64,000 bases of DNA from contig CAVRAO010000002.1 of assembly GCA_963719035.1 (NCBI GenBank), positions 228,144 through 292,143 of the forward strand, written 5' to 3'. Origin of the DNA: Methanobacteriota archaeon (GTDB lineage: Archaea; Halobacteriota; Bog-38; Methanoflorentales; Methanoflorentaceae). Positions 21,636 to 31,713 of this stretch are shown one piece after another. A program made the position numbers and the translations under genes. The notes under the pieces are model-generated. The model worked only from the letters and a program-made list of their open reading frames with translations. It was not told the origin of the DNA and searched no databases. Position 1 is the first letter of the stretch; the number at the start of each line of letters is the position of its first letter.

Positions 21636-22688
21636 CTACCCAAAGTACTCTTTCAAGTCTGACGCCACTTTTTCTGGCATAGACTCGACGATAACCTCTT
21701 CATGAAGTCTTTCCATGAAACCCGAGTCGTTATTGTAGTAGCCCTGCGGGTACGGCCGAGCGATGATCCGCGCGACGAGTCTGAAGCTCTCATCCTTGCC
21801 TGAAGCCGAGAACGTGCTTAGATTGAAACTATGTACTCCATACAAAGTATATGCAGTGAAAACTCTTTTTAGGCCCTTGCTGAAGTCAGAAATAGCAGTT
21901 TCATCAAGCTCGTACAACGATGAGATGTCGTGAAACACCCCGCAGATTTCATCATTACCAAGGGGTACGTAACTTGTGATCCAAGAGAGGCTACCGATTT
22001 TCCCCAGAAACCTTTCCCCTTCTTTTTCCTCAATTTCGAGCAAGCGCTTCCAATAATTTTCCTTGTGTTTCTTGAAGTATTTTTCACATTCTGATAAATA
22101 TAGCCAAGCTAGGTTCGTCGGTTGCTCATCTACAGTAAGTTGAACGTGCGGATGGACGACGCTCGCACCCGCTGGTGGTAAGAAATTCCAACTGAAGATT
22201 GGGAACACGGCTTTCTTATCGCTTAACGCAACCACACGGAAGTACTCGATACTTGCTTTAACAGTATCTTGAATCTGCTTCAACGTAAACTCGTCAATCC
22301 CTAAAAAATGCTCTTTCGATACCGTTGCTACGGCATGATACTTCGCAAATGGAAACAAGTTTGGAAAGACTGTTGTTTCGCCGACCTTGATCCTTCCCTC
22401 AGGCACTAAACTCGAAGGAAACATTGGCGTATTGGTCTTTATATTTGCGGGACAAAAATAGCAATTCTTTGTAGATAGGTCAATCAACTCCGAGTACCCT
22501 GTGCCAGTTTGTGCCTGCTTCTTCCTCTCAGATCGTTTGACATTGATTCGGCACGCACGGCTGGTAAGGAGCTCTTTTCGGTACTCAATTTTTTGCCTCT
22601 CTAAGAGAAAGTCACACGTCGGATTGCGTAGCTCAGACTCGATTAACCTCTTAGAGAACAGATCTCGCAGAATTATGACCTCCAGCAA
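21636..22688 (-). CDS. Galactose-1-phosphate uridylyltransferase-like HIT-family nucleotidyltransferase
   Basis: HPHVQ (HxHxQ) HIT motif and a CxxC zinc site, 350 aa. Confidence 0.6.
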   Translation of the reverse strand: MLEVIILRDLFSKRLIESELRNPTCDFLLERQKIEYRKELLTSRACRINVKRSERKKQAQTGTGYSELIDLSTKNCYFCPANIKTNTPMFPSSLVPEGRIKVGETTVFPNLFPFAKYHAVATVSKEHFLGIDEFTLKQIQDTVKASIEYFRVVALSDKKAVFPIFSWNFLPPAGASVVHPHVQLTVDEQPTNLAWLYLSECEKYFKKHKENYWKRLLEIEEKEGERFLGKIGSLSWITSYVPLGNDEICGVFHDISSLYELDETAISDFSKGLKRVFTAYTLYGVHSFNLSTFSASGKDESFRLVARIIARPYPQGYYNNDSGFMERLHEEVIVESMPEKVASDLKEYFG

Positions 22689-23100
22689 GAATTAATAATC
22701 GGATGTTGCCGTATAAACAATTAACGTTTGTAAGCTTGACAACAATATAAACCTTTTTAAGGAATTTTCGATCGCAACGCATTGTAATGCAACACAGATA
22801 GATTGCCAAGCAAGTTGGATCGACACTTACAGCTGATCTATGTAACCGACAGATGCTTTTTTCACAGTAAGGTGTTCTGCATCGGATAGCAAAAATGCTC
22901 AACAATTAAGCTACTAAACAAGCGGTTGTTGATGGGGGGCCTTATTACTGCAAAGCACTAGAGTTAAGAACTTGATATTCATATTCGGACTGCAGAGCAG
23001 GCCGGAGCGGCCGAGACCGGTATATAGATACTAGGGCGCTCGTACTCATAAAGCGCTAGCGTAACGCAACCAAGGCACTTAAGGCTTAGCCCAACTCCTT

Positions 23101-24642
23101 TTGGAGACGATATATAAGGTGTACAACATGGAGTTTGATTTAAAAGCTCATCTGAAATTCAGCGACAATCTCCCAAAAGAAGCAGATTTCGAACTGCAAA
23201 AAGCAATAGAAGCTGCAAACAACGTACTTTTCATTAAAGGCGTGCCAAGCAACTCTGTCAATGAAGCAGGAAGGATAATTGAATGGCATACGCACGCCAA
23301 TGAGCTTTACGTCAGAATCGTCAGCGGCAGATATACTCGATCGCACGAAGCACTTTTGCGCTTTCGAAAGGCCCTCGGAATTATTATGGGGTCTAAATAT
23401 CGGATAGGTATCAGAGGCTATGAAATTGAAGAGTTTACAATACTAATTGAAGCTGAAACTCCAGTGCATCTCAAACTCCCCTTTGTGAAAGAGGTGTCAT
23501 ACGAAAACAAACTGTTAACGCTCAATCTTTTGGTTGACGAACAAGACGTAGAGAACAAGATACCGGACCGAATCGTAAGTCTTGTCGAGGAGAAGATTAA
23601 ACAAGAACTCTACGGAACAAAGCTTGAGAATTGGGAGTTGGTCTGGACAAGCCCACAAAAAACGGTCCACTTTCGACTCGATCCTACTGAGGAACTAAAA
23701 AAGCGTCAATGGATTAAGCACGGAATGAGTCGAGGACAATGGATTTTCGGCCCTCAAATAACGAAGGTCTTCAACACTTTTAAGAGAATCATCGAAAAGG
23801 AAATACTCGAACGGCTTGGCTATTCAGAGATGATTTTTCCCAAGATGGTTCCGTGGGAAGTCTGGAAACGATCTGGGCATGCACGCGGCGTTTATCCAGA
23901 AATTTACTACATTTCAAGTCCTAAATCGCGTGATCCCGAGTATTGGGAAGAGGTAACCGACTATTATAAAGTCACTAATGAGATTCCCTTAACGTTGATC
24001 AGGGAAAAAATCGATGACCCCCTCGGTGGCATGTGTTATGCGCAATGCCCGTCTTTTTGGCCTTTCATGCAAGGTGAAACGATTTCCTCGCATTCGCTTC
24101 CGGTCAAGGTGTTCGATCGATCGGGCACGTCACATCGCTATGAGAGTGGGGGCATACACGGTATAGAACGTGTTGACGAGTTTCACCGAATTGAAATCGT
24201 GTGGGTCGGTGACCATAACCAAGTCAGTGAAGAAGCCCAGAAACTTGAAAAGCGCTACACCCGCATTTTTAATGACATCTTAGATCTCGATTGGAGAATG
24301 GCACGTGTTACGCCATGGTTTATGGCTCAGGAGGGACTAATTGACACGTCATCTGATCTTTCGGTTGGCACCGTAGATTATGAGGCATATCTGCCGTATC
24401 GTGGTGAACGTGCTGAGAGTGAGTGGCTTGAATTTCAAAACGTAAGCGTAAACGGTGATAAATATCCTCGCGGTTTTAACGTAAAAACCCAAAAAGGAGA
24501 ATTGTGGTCGGGATGTTCGGGTATCGGGTTGGAAAGATGGGCTGCTGCCTTTTTTGCACAGAAAGGTTTAGATATCGAATTTTGGCCGCCGAAATTCGCT
24601 AAGCTTATTGGAGAGCTGCCAGAGGGGATACAATTCCTTTGA
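23101..24642 (+). CDS. serS: Seryl-tRNA synthetase, methanogen type
   Basis: Blocks that align to the unusual methanogen SerRS: FDLKAHLKF, RIGIRGYEIEEF, SRGQWIFGP, SGGIHGIERVDEFHRIE and WSGCSGIGLERW. The start may be Met 23128. Confidence 0.8.
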   Translation: METIYKVYNMEFDLKAHLKFSDNLPKEADFELQKAIEAANNVLFIKGVPSNSVNEAGRIIEWHTHANELYVRIVSGRYTRSHEALLRFRKALGIIMGSKYRIGIRGYEIEEFTILIEAETPVHLKLPFVKEVSYENKLLTLNLLVDEQDVENKIPDRIVSLVEEKIKQELYGTKLENWELVWTSPQKTVHFRLDPTEELKKRQWIKHGMSRGQWIFGPQITKVFNTFKRIIEKEILERLGYSEMIFPKMVPWEVWKRSGHARGVYPEIYYISSPKSRDPEYWEEVTDYYKVTNEIPLTLIREKIDDPLGGMCYAQCPSFWPFMQGETISSHSLPVKVFDRSGTSHRYESGGIHGIERVDEFHRIEIVWVGDHNQVSEEAQKLEKRYTRIFNDILDLDWRMARVTPWFMAQEGLIDTSSDLSVGTVDYEAYLPYRGERAESEWLEFQNVSVNGDKYPRGFNVKTQKGELWSGCSGIGLERWAAAFFAQKGLDIEFWPPKFAKLIGELPEGIQFL

Positions 24643-24763
24643 AAAAATGTTATATGGTATGATCATTTATATATGGTTGAGCTTTTAGACAGAATCGCTA
24701 TGAGCCTAACAAAGCGCAGTCATATTAATTCAACATCGCGAAGCTTATAAAAGGAGTATTTGG

Positions 24764-25348
24764 ATGGCGAGAAGACAGACTAGGAAAAAAGCGGAAGGCT
24801 GGAAAGCAAAGAGATGGTACGACGTAGTTACCCCCGAAATCTTCGGAAAGATGAGCATAGGATCTACCCCCACCGATGATCCTGTAAAATTAGTTGGTCG
24901 GGTCATGGATACAACTCTCGGTGAGCTGACGAACGACCTCGGAAAGCAGAACGTGAAAATGCACTTCAAAGTGAACGAGGTCAGTGGCGAATCCGCACAC
25001 ACAAGGTTCACGGGTCATGAGCTTACACGTGATTACTTAAGAAGCTTGGTGAAAAGGCGAACAAGTCTCGTAGAATCAAACATCGTCGTTACTACAAAAG
25101 ATGGCTTCAAAGTTCACCTTAAGCCAATGGCTTTGACTATAAAACGCGCTGGTTCTAGTCAAATCAAAGCGATTCGAGACATCATGAACGGTACCTTACG
25201 TGAACGTGGAAAAGAGCTCAATTATGAGCAATTCATCCACGAAGTCGTGCTCGGAAAGCTTGCAAGTGATATTTATAAAAAATCCAAGATCATTTACCCA
25301 TTACGCCGCGTCGAAATCAGCAAAACAAAGATTTTGGCAGAACCATAA
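24764..25348 (+). CDS. rps3ae: 30S ribosomal protein S3Ae (S1e)
   Basis: N-terminus KKAEGWKAKRWYDVVTPEIFG is typical of the family. Confidence 0.85.
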   Translation: MARRQTRKKAEGWKAKRWYDVVTPEIFGKMSIGSTPTDDPVKLVGRVMDTTLGELTNDLGKQNVKMHFKVNEVSGESAHTRFTGHELTRDYLRSLVKRRTSLVESNIVVTTKDGFKVHLKPMALTIKRAGSSQIKAIRDIMNGTLRERGKELNYEQFIHEVVLGKLASDIYKKSKIIYPLRRVEISKTKILAEP

Positions 25349-25389
25349 CGAACTCGTTTTTTAAATACTTGGCAGCTTAATTTAACGAC

Positions 25390-26607
25390 ATGTGCGTAGC
25401 CAAGAAGATCCTATTTGTTGTGCTCGATGGGGCAGCCGACCGTCCAACGGCTGTAGCAACGACACCTCTCATGGCAGCCAATATTCCTTTTCTCGATCGA
25501 CTAGCGCAAGAAGGAATTTTAGGGATTATGGACGTCATAGCGCCAGGGACGCCTCCTGGATCTGACACGGCACATCTATCGCTGTTAGGTTATCCGCTAA
25601 ATGAGGTTTACACAGGGCGCGGACCTTTTGAAGCGGCCGGCGTTGGTATTAATGTCCGACCAGGCGACATCGCGTTTCGGGGCAACTTTGCGACAGTTAA
25701 GGATGGTATAGTCATCGACCGACGTGCTGGTCGTATTGACGAAACTAAATCGCTGTCTGACGCAATTAGAGAGCAGCTTCACCTCGATTGTGAATTCTTG
25801 TTTAAAGAGTCTGCAGGGCATCGAGCAGTTCTCGTGCTTAGAGCGGAAGACCTAAGTCCAAGAATAACTCAAACAGACCCTCAACATCCAGGAGCGTTAT
25901 TGCGTTCAAAGCCGATTGCCAAAGACGCTTCATCACGCAGAACTGCAAACATCGTTAATGATTTTACGCGGCAGGTTTTGTCAATTCTTGGCAATCATCC
26001 AGTCAACGCGGAACGGACGCGTACAAATCAACTTCCAGCGAATGCAGTGCTGCTTCGCGGAGTGGGCTCAGTTCCGCATCTTGTTCCGTTTGAAAGACGT
26101 ACAGGCTTGAATGCCGCTGTAATCGCTGCGACAGCATTGGTAATCGGGATTGGCAAACTGACCGGGATGAAGTATATACCAACGAAAGGTGCTACAGGAC
26201 ACATTGATTCAAATATCGATGAGAAAGTAAAGAATGTAAACAAAGCGCTAAAGCGACACTCTTTTGTGCTTCTCAACATAAAAGGTGCAGATGAAGCGGG
26301 TCACGACGGTGATTTCAACGCCAAAACGCACTTTCTAACGCGAGTGGGTAACGCTTTGTCAAATTTGGCAATCGAAGAATCGACACTTGTCATAATAACA
26401 GCAGATCACACTACTCCTGTAAGCCTTAAAGAACACTCAGGCGATCCTGTTCCATTCCTCATACGAGGAAAAGGAGTTCGTGCTGATCAAACGAGCTCAT
26501 TCAACGAGTACGTTGCCGCCAGAGGAGGTATGGGTCGGATTTATGGTCATGATATGATGCCCATACTTACTGATCTGCTGGGCAAAGGGACGAAGTTTGG
26601 CGCGTGA
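25390..26607 (+). CDS. apgM: 2,3-bisphosphoglycerate-independent phosphoglycerate mutase, archaeal type
   Basis: [16 protein letters not shown]-terminus, 405 aa. Confidence 0.8.
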   Translation: MCVAKKILFVVLDGAADRPTAVATTPLMAANIPFLDRLAQEGILGIMDVIAPGTPPGSDTAHLSLLGYPLNEVYTGRGPFEAAGVGINVRPGDIAFRGNFATVKDGIVIDRRAGRIDETKSLSDAIREQLHLDCEFLFKESAGHRAVLVLRAEDLSPRITQTDPQHPGALLRSKPIAKDASSRRTANIVNDFTRQVLSILGNHPVNAERTRTNQLPANAVLLRGVGSVPHLVPFERRTGLNAAVIAATALVIGIGKLTGMKYIPTKGATGHIDSNIDEKVKNVNKALKRHSFVLLNIKGADEAGHDGDFNAKTHFLTRVGNALSNLAIEESTLVIITADHTTPVSLKEHSGDPVPFLIRGKGVRADQTSSFNEYVAARGGMGRIYGHDMMPILTDLLGKGTKFGA

Positions 26608-26756
26608 ACTTCGCGAAAAAATAGACCTAGCAACGCTACAATACTAGGAACGAACACGCTTAGTCCTGTATACTTGAAATATGTCTTGAAGATTCTTCAC
26701 AACAAAAGATTAAAGCAGCAGCACAAGCTAGGCGATTAAAAAACTGAGGATAAAAA

Positions 26757-28100
26757 ATGTCAGTTCATCCAATAGAGTACCGCTACGGCACTAGCGAGAT
26801 GAAAGCCATTTGGAGCGAGGACTGTAAACTCCGCTACTTGCTTGAGGTGGAAGTAGCTCTTGCCAAAGCCGAAGCTGACCATAAGCGTATCCCTAGAAAG
26901 GCAGCAGATGAAATCGAAACGGCGGTAAGCAAAGTTACACGTACGCGCGTTGCAGAAATTGAAGACGAAATCCACCACGACATTATGGCCGTCGTTAAAG
27001 CGATTTCAGAACAGATTAGCACTGAAAATGACTACGTACACTATGGTGCGACGTCAAACGACATTATCGACACTGCACTTGCGCTCCAATTGCAAGCTTC
27101 GTTGAGAATACTCGCGTTAAAACTTAAACGTCTTAGAACCGTTTTGGCAAACCTTGCTGACGAAAACAAGGCTCGTGTATGTGCAGCAAGAACACATGGT
27201 CAAATTGCCGTACCAACTACCTACGGTATGCGATTCGCCGTTTGGGCGATGGAAATCGATCGACATTTGCATCGGCTTTTCGAATCCCGCAAGCGGATCG
27301 AAGTCGGGCAAATGACAGGAGCTGTCGGGACACAAGCAGCTTTTGGAAAAAAAGGAGTAGAAATTCAGGCGCGAACGCTCGAGTTGCTTGGGCTAGGATC
27401 AGTGGAAGTATCAACGCAAATCATCCAGCGTGATCGGCACGCTGAATACGTAATGTTGCTCGCTAACGTCGCAACTTCGCTCGAGAAAATATTTATCGAA
27501 ATCAGAACACTCCAAAGAAGTGAGATAGCCGAAATTTCAGAAGGTTTCGGGAAAAAACAGGTTGGGTCTTCAACGATGCCGCATAAGCGAAATCCAATTA
27601 AGTCAGAACAAATCTGCGGCCTCGCACGAGTCGTACGATCGTTTGTGCTTCCCTCATTAGAAAACAACACGTTATGGGATGAACGAGATTTGACAAATTC
27701 TTCCAGTGAGCGGATTATCTTTCCTGAAACAACTATTTTAACAGACCACATAATCACACTCTCCATTGACGTGCTAAGTAACTTGGAATTCAATGAAGAA
27801 CGTATAAAACAGAACCTCAGCCTCATGCGAGGATTAAACATGAGCGAAGCAGTAATGATACAGTTGACTAAGAAAGTCGGGCGTCAACGCGCTCACGAAA
27901 TTATACGCACAGCTACAATGGATGCTTACGCTCGTGGAGACGCCCTTTCAGACACATTGCTCAAAGAGCCCCTCATTGTGAAATATTTTTCCAAAGACCA
28001 GCTTGAGTGGATGATCCTCCCTGAGAATTACATAGGAACGGCTATTGAGCAAGTTGAGCGAGTTGTAACGCTTCTGAGGCAGAACGAGTGTCTGGAATAG
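26757..28100 (+). CDS. purB: Adenylosuccinate lyase
   Basis: Fumarate-lyase family with GSSTMPHKRNP. Confidence 0.85.
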   Translation: MSVHPIEYRYGTSEMKAIWSEDCKLRYLLEVEVALAKAEADHKRIPRKAADEIETAVSKVTRTRVAEIEDEIHHDIMAVVKAISEQISTENDYVHYGATSNDIIDTALALQLQASLRILALKLKRLRTVLANLADENKARVCAARTHGQIAVPTTYGMRFAVWAMEIDRHLHRLFESRKRIEVGQMTGAVGTQAAFGKKGVEIQARTLELLGLGSVEVSTQIIQRDRHAEYVMLLANVATSLEKIFIEIRTLQRSEIAEISEGFGKKQVGSSTMPHKRNPIKSEQICGLARVVRSFVLPSLENNTLWDERDLTNSSSERIIFPETTILTDHIITLSIDVLSNLEFNEERIKQNLSLMRGLNMSEAVMIQLTKKVGRQRAHEIIRTATMDAYARGDALSDTLLKEPLIVKYFSKDQLEWMILPENYIGTAIEQVERVVTLLRQNECLE

Positions 28101-29401
28101 TTGGAGCTATTGGAGTATGCGCCTACGAATCCGTCTTAAAGATGTGCAAGACACTCGCACATCGGGGAAGCGTGCATCGATCTATCCGCGGAGAGCTAGT
28201 TAAAGGGACAGAGTATGCTGTTAGCACTCTTGGGCTCGCAACACTTCGAGAAGTGTCTGATCCGCACGGTTCGGTACTCTCAGCTTCTGATAGTTATTAC
28301 ACAAGCTACGCTCGAGCGCGCATCATAAACTCTCTTGTTTTAAAACTGGACAGGGACGTTATAGGACCACGTCCGCTGTTCTACGGCGTAAACGATGCGA
28401 ACTCGCTTTGCGCGTTTGCCTCTGAACGTAAAGCACTCTGGTCTGTTGGAATTAAACACCCGCAACGGGTTAATCCGAGAACAGTGGTAACAATATCTGG
28501 ACTGCAAGATATCGATGTGAAGATCAAAAAAACCCCTGAGCTATTGCACAAAAAGCTAACGTTTAACGACGAATCAGAGCTAGTGAGCGATTTACGCAAC
28601 GTCCTTGAATGTGTTTTGCATAACTTAGATCAGGAACATATGAGCGTTGCGTTCTCGGGGGGAGTTGATAGCGCTTTGCTTTGTAAATTGATGTCTAATT
28701 GCGTGAATAAAAACTGTTATGCAGTAGGATTTTCTGAATCGCACGATTTAAACAACGCGCAACACGCAGCACGTTTATTAAAGGTCGATCTTCAAACCAT
28801 TGAGCTGAACGAATATGATCTTGAAGTGTTCATACCCGTTGTTATTGAAGCTATCGAAAGCTATAGCCCCCTCGATATCGCTATCGCTTTGCCGTTTTAT
28901 GTCCTAGCTGAGCAAGCAGAAGCCGCTGGTTTTACGTCTGTTTTAACTGGACAAGGGGCTGATGAACTATTTGCAGGTTATTCCAAATACGCAAGTTTGC
29001 ACTCGGCACCGAACGACACGCTTAATAACGTGCTTGAAATGGACGTACTTAACATCGCAAGAGATAATCTTGAACGGGACAACTTAGCTGCAGCAGCGCA
29101 TTCGTTAGACGTCGTTCTGCCATATCTAGATCCAAGAGTTGTTGTTTTCGGATTGGCGCTTGACGCTAGTTGGAAACTCCACAATGGGATTAATAAATAT
29201 GTGCTCAGGAGGGTGGCTGAACAAGTTATGCCACACGAACTCGCTTACAGACAAAAAAAAGCGATACAGTATGGCACAGGAGCAAGTTCAATGTTGCAGA
29301 AATTGGCGCGCAAAAAAATGCGTTCAGTAAACAGCAGAGGAGTATTAAGGCTTTATTTGCGATCAATTGCAGAAAAACAAGGTATAATGGTAGCGGAATG
29401 A
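28088..29401 (+). CDS. Asparagine synthetase (AsnB)-like PP-loop amidotransferase. The predicted N-terminus is Met-Ser, so the canonical Cys nucleophile is absent.
   Basis: SGGVDS PP-loop and a shortened class-II GATase-like N-domain. The GTG start overlaps the purB stop, and the 3' end overlaps the gatC start. Confidence 0.6.
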   Translation: MSGIVGAIGVCAYESVLKMCKTLAHRGSVHRSIRGELVKGTEYAVSTLGLATLREVSDPHGSVLSASDSYYTSYARARIINSLVLKLDRDVIGPRPLFYGVNDANSLCAFASERKALWSVGIKHPQRVNPRTVVTISGLQDIDVKIKKTPELLHKKLTFNDESELVSDLRNVLECVLHNLDQEHMSVAFSGGVDSALLCKLMSNCVNKNCYAVGFSESHDLNNAQHAARLLKVDLQTIELNEYDLEVFIPVVIEAIESYSPLDIAIALPFYVLAEQAEAAGFTSVLTGQGADELFAGYSKYASLHSAPNDTLNNVLEMDVLNIARDNLERDNLAAAAHSLDVVLPYLDPRVVVFGLALDASWKLHNGINKYVLRRVAEQVMPHELAYRQKKAIQYGTGASSMLQKLARKKMRSVNSRGVLRLYLRSIAEKQGIMVAE

Positions 29402-29664
29402 TAATCAAAAACGATGTTGAATATATAGCGCGGCTTGCTTGCATTGAGCTTGATGATGAAGACCTCCAAGAGTTTACGATTCAATTAAATACCATACTTG
29501 AATATTTCGAAGAACTTGAAAATGTCGAAGCGGAGCTAACACACGAAGAGGAAGGCAATGTGCTACGCGGTGACAATATCACGCCGAGCTTATCACAGCA
29601 AGAAGCCCTATCTAACGCTCCGCGAGTCGATAGCGGCTATTTTAGGGGCCCCCGTATACTATGA
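29398..29664 (+). CDS. gatC: Asp/Glu-tRNA amidotransferase subunit C
   Basis: 88 aa with GatC-like sequence, and its stop overlaps the gatA start. Confidence 0.75.
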   Translation: MIIKNDVEYIARLACIELDDEDLQEFTIQLNTILEYFEELENVEAELTHEEEGNVLRGDNITPSLSQQEALSNAPRVDSGYFRGPRIL

Positions 29665-31038
29665 GCCATCGAGAACGTATCGAGAGAGCGCTTGAAACAA
29701 TCGAACGCAGTGACCTTAACGCGTTCATTACGGTCGATCATGAAGGTGCGAGGCGGCAAGCTGCAGAAGCTGATGCAGGCAACATAGATGGAAAATTAGC
29801 CGGTCTGGCAGTCGCTATTAAAGACGCCATTTCAACCAAAGGGCTGAGAACCACGTGCGCTTCGAAGATGCTTGAACATTACGTGCCCCCCTACGACGCA
29901 TTTGTTATTCGGAGACTCCGCGCAGAAGGCGCCGTTTTAATTGGCAAGACGAATATGGACGAATTTTCTATGGGCGCATCAACAGAGACGAGCTTCTTCG
30001 GGCCTTGTAAGAACCCTTGGGATATTAACCGCGTGCCAGGCGGCTCATCTGGAGGCAGTGCAGCTTCTGTAGCTGCATACGAAGCAGATCTCGCATTAGG
30101 TTCCGATACAGGAGGATCAATCAGATGTCCTGCGTCTTTTTGCGGCGTAGTAGGGTTGAAACCGACATATGGCAGGGTTTCACGAAGCGGACTTATTTCG
30201 TATGGTAACTCATTAGAACAAATCGGTCCTATCGCACGGACAGTTAAAGGGTGTGCTACGTTGTTTGAGGTTATTGCGGGCCACGATCCCGCAGACAGCA
30301 CCTCGCTCAATCAACCTACGCCTCGCTACTCCAAATCATTATCAAAGGATATCACTGGTTTGAAGATCGGCGTGCCAATCGATTTTTTTGGTGAAGGGGT
30401 CGATCCAACCGTGGAAAACGCCACACGGGATGCAATAGACGTGCTTGTGGATTTAGGAGCGGAGGCACTTGAGGTGTCAATGCCCAGCTTACAATATGCA
30501 CTTTCCGCCTATTACGTCCTAGCGATGTCGGAAGCCTCGTCTAACCTAGCTCGGGTACTGTGGAATCATCTACGGGCACAGAGTTCAAAAAGATCATGAT
30601 TGGCATCGAACATTCTCGGAGAATAGAGCATTTGGATTTGGAAAAGAGGTTAAAAGGCGCGTGCTTCTCGGGACGTACGCGCTCTCGGCGGGATATTACG
30701 ACAAATATTACCTGAAGGCGCTCAAAGCACGTACGCTGATTAGGGCAGACTTTCAGAGAGCTTTTCAACAACATGATGTACTAATCGCACCAACGATGCC
30801 CCACATTGCATTTAAACTTGGAGAGAAAATAGAGGACCCCTTAGCATTGTACAAGGTGGATATTAACACCGTTCCAGTTAATCTTGCGAACGTTCCAGCG
30901 CTTTCCATTCCGTGTGGTGAGAAGGAAAGGTTGCCAATTGGCATGCAAATCATTGGTGATCGACTCAAAGAGACGCTGTTGTTCAACGTTGCGTGGCAAT
31001 TCGAGCACAACACCAAGTTCAATAAATACGCTGAGTGA
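29661..31038 (+). CDS. gatA: Glu/Asp-tRNA amidotransferase subunit A. Frameshifted.
   Basis: The amidase signature is split between ORFs 29661..30599 and 30661..31038. The +1 frame across the gap reads YDGIIYGHR...FGFGKEVKRRVLLGTYALSAGYYD (GatA consensus). There is an extra G in the GGG run at 30553-30555. Confidence 0.75.
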
Positions 31039-31240
31039 TTGCGGAGCCGCATCGTAAATTCTATTGGAAGAGAGTACCTCAAAGATTCAATTTTTTGCCA
31101 ATGGCGTCAAAGGATCGCGTATTTTGCTAAAAAAATTAAGCAAGTCGAACATTTCTTAAAGTACGTCTTGCGTCGAACAATGGTTTTTTTTTGAATCAAA
31201 TATATGTAGCGCGGAAAACATAATTCCATAGGGTGAACAT

Positions 31241-31603
31241 ATGGCTGATGCTAAAGATCTTATACGTAAATTCGAATATGGAGAGAAATTAAAGTCCGAA
31301 GTGTCCATAGCAAATCAACTGCTAGAACAACTTATTGGACTGAAAGATGACCAATTTGTTGGCGGCCTGAGGATTTTAGAGGCGTATTTAAATTCACTTA
31401 TAATGGAAATTAAACTCGCACAAAAAGTGCTGGGTTCTAAAGTATATTTTTCAAAAACCGCGCGTAAACTAACAGAAGCAGTAGGAAGAATCACGCTTAA
31501 GGAGTTTGACGAAGCAAGAGCGTGTTTCGCTGAAGCACTTAATGATGTTACCACAGTCTGCGCTGAGTCATTTGACGCATTAGCCAAACTGAAGTTGATG
31601 TAA
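31241..31603 (+). CDS. Hypothetical protein, alpha-helical
   Basis: Isolated ORF of 120 aa with no family I recognise. Confidence 0.3.
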   Translation: MADAKDLIRKFEYGEKLKSEVSIANQLLEQLIGLKDDQFVGGLRILEAYLNSLIMEIKLAQKVLGSKVYFSKTARKLTEAVGRITLKEFDEARACFAEALNDVTTVCAESFDALAKLKLM

Positions 31604-31713
31604 AAAATAAAACGATCCACTATGGTAAAACGTGAACTGAGCGAAAGCTTAGTTTTGTACGAATAGATCCTAATCCTTCACTTTGCTGATACACGATAAT
31701 GCAAGTTTTATGA

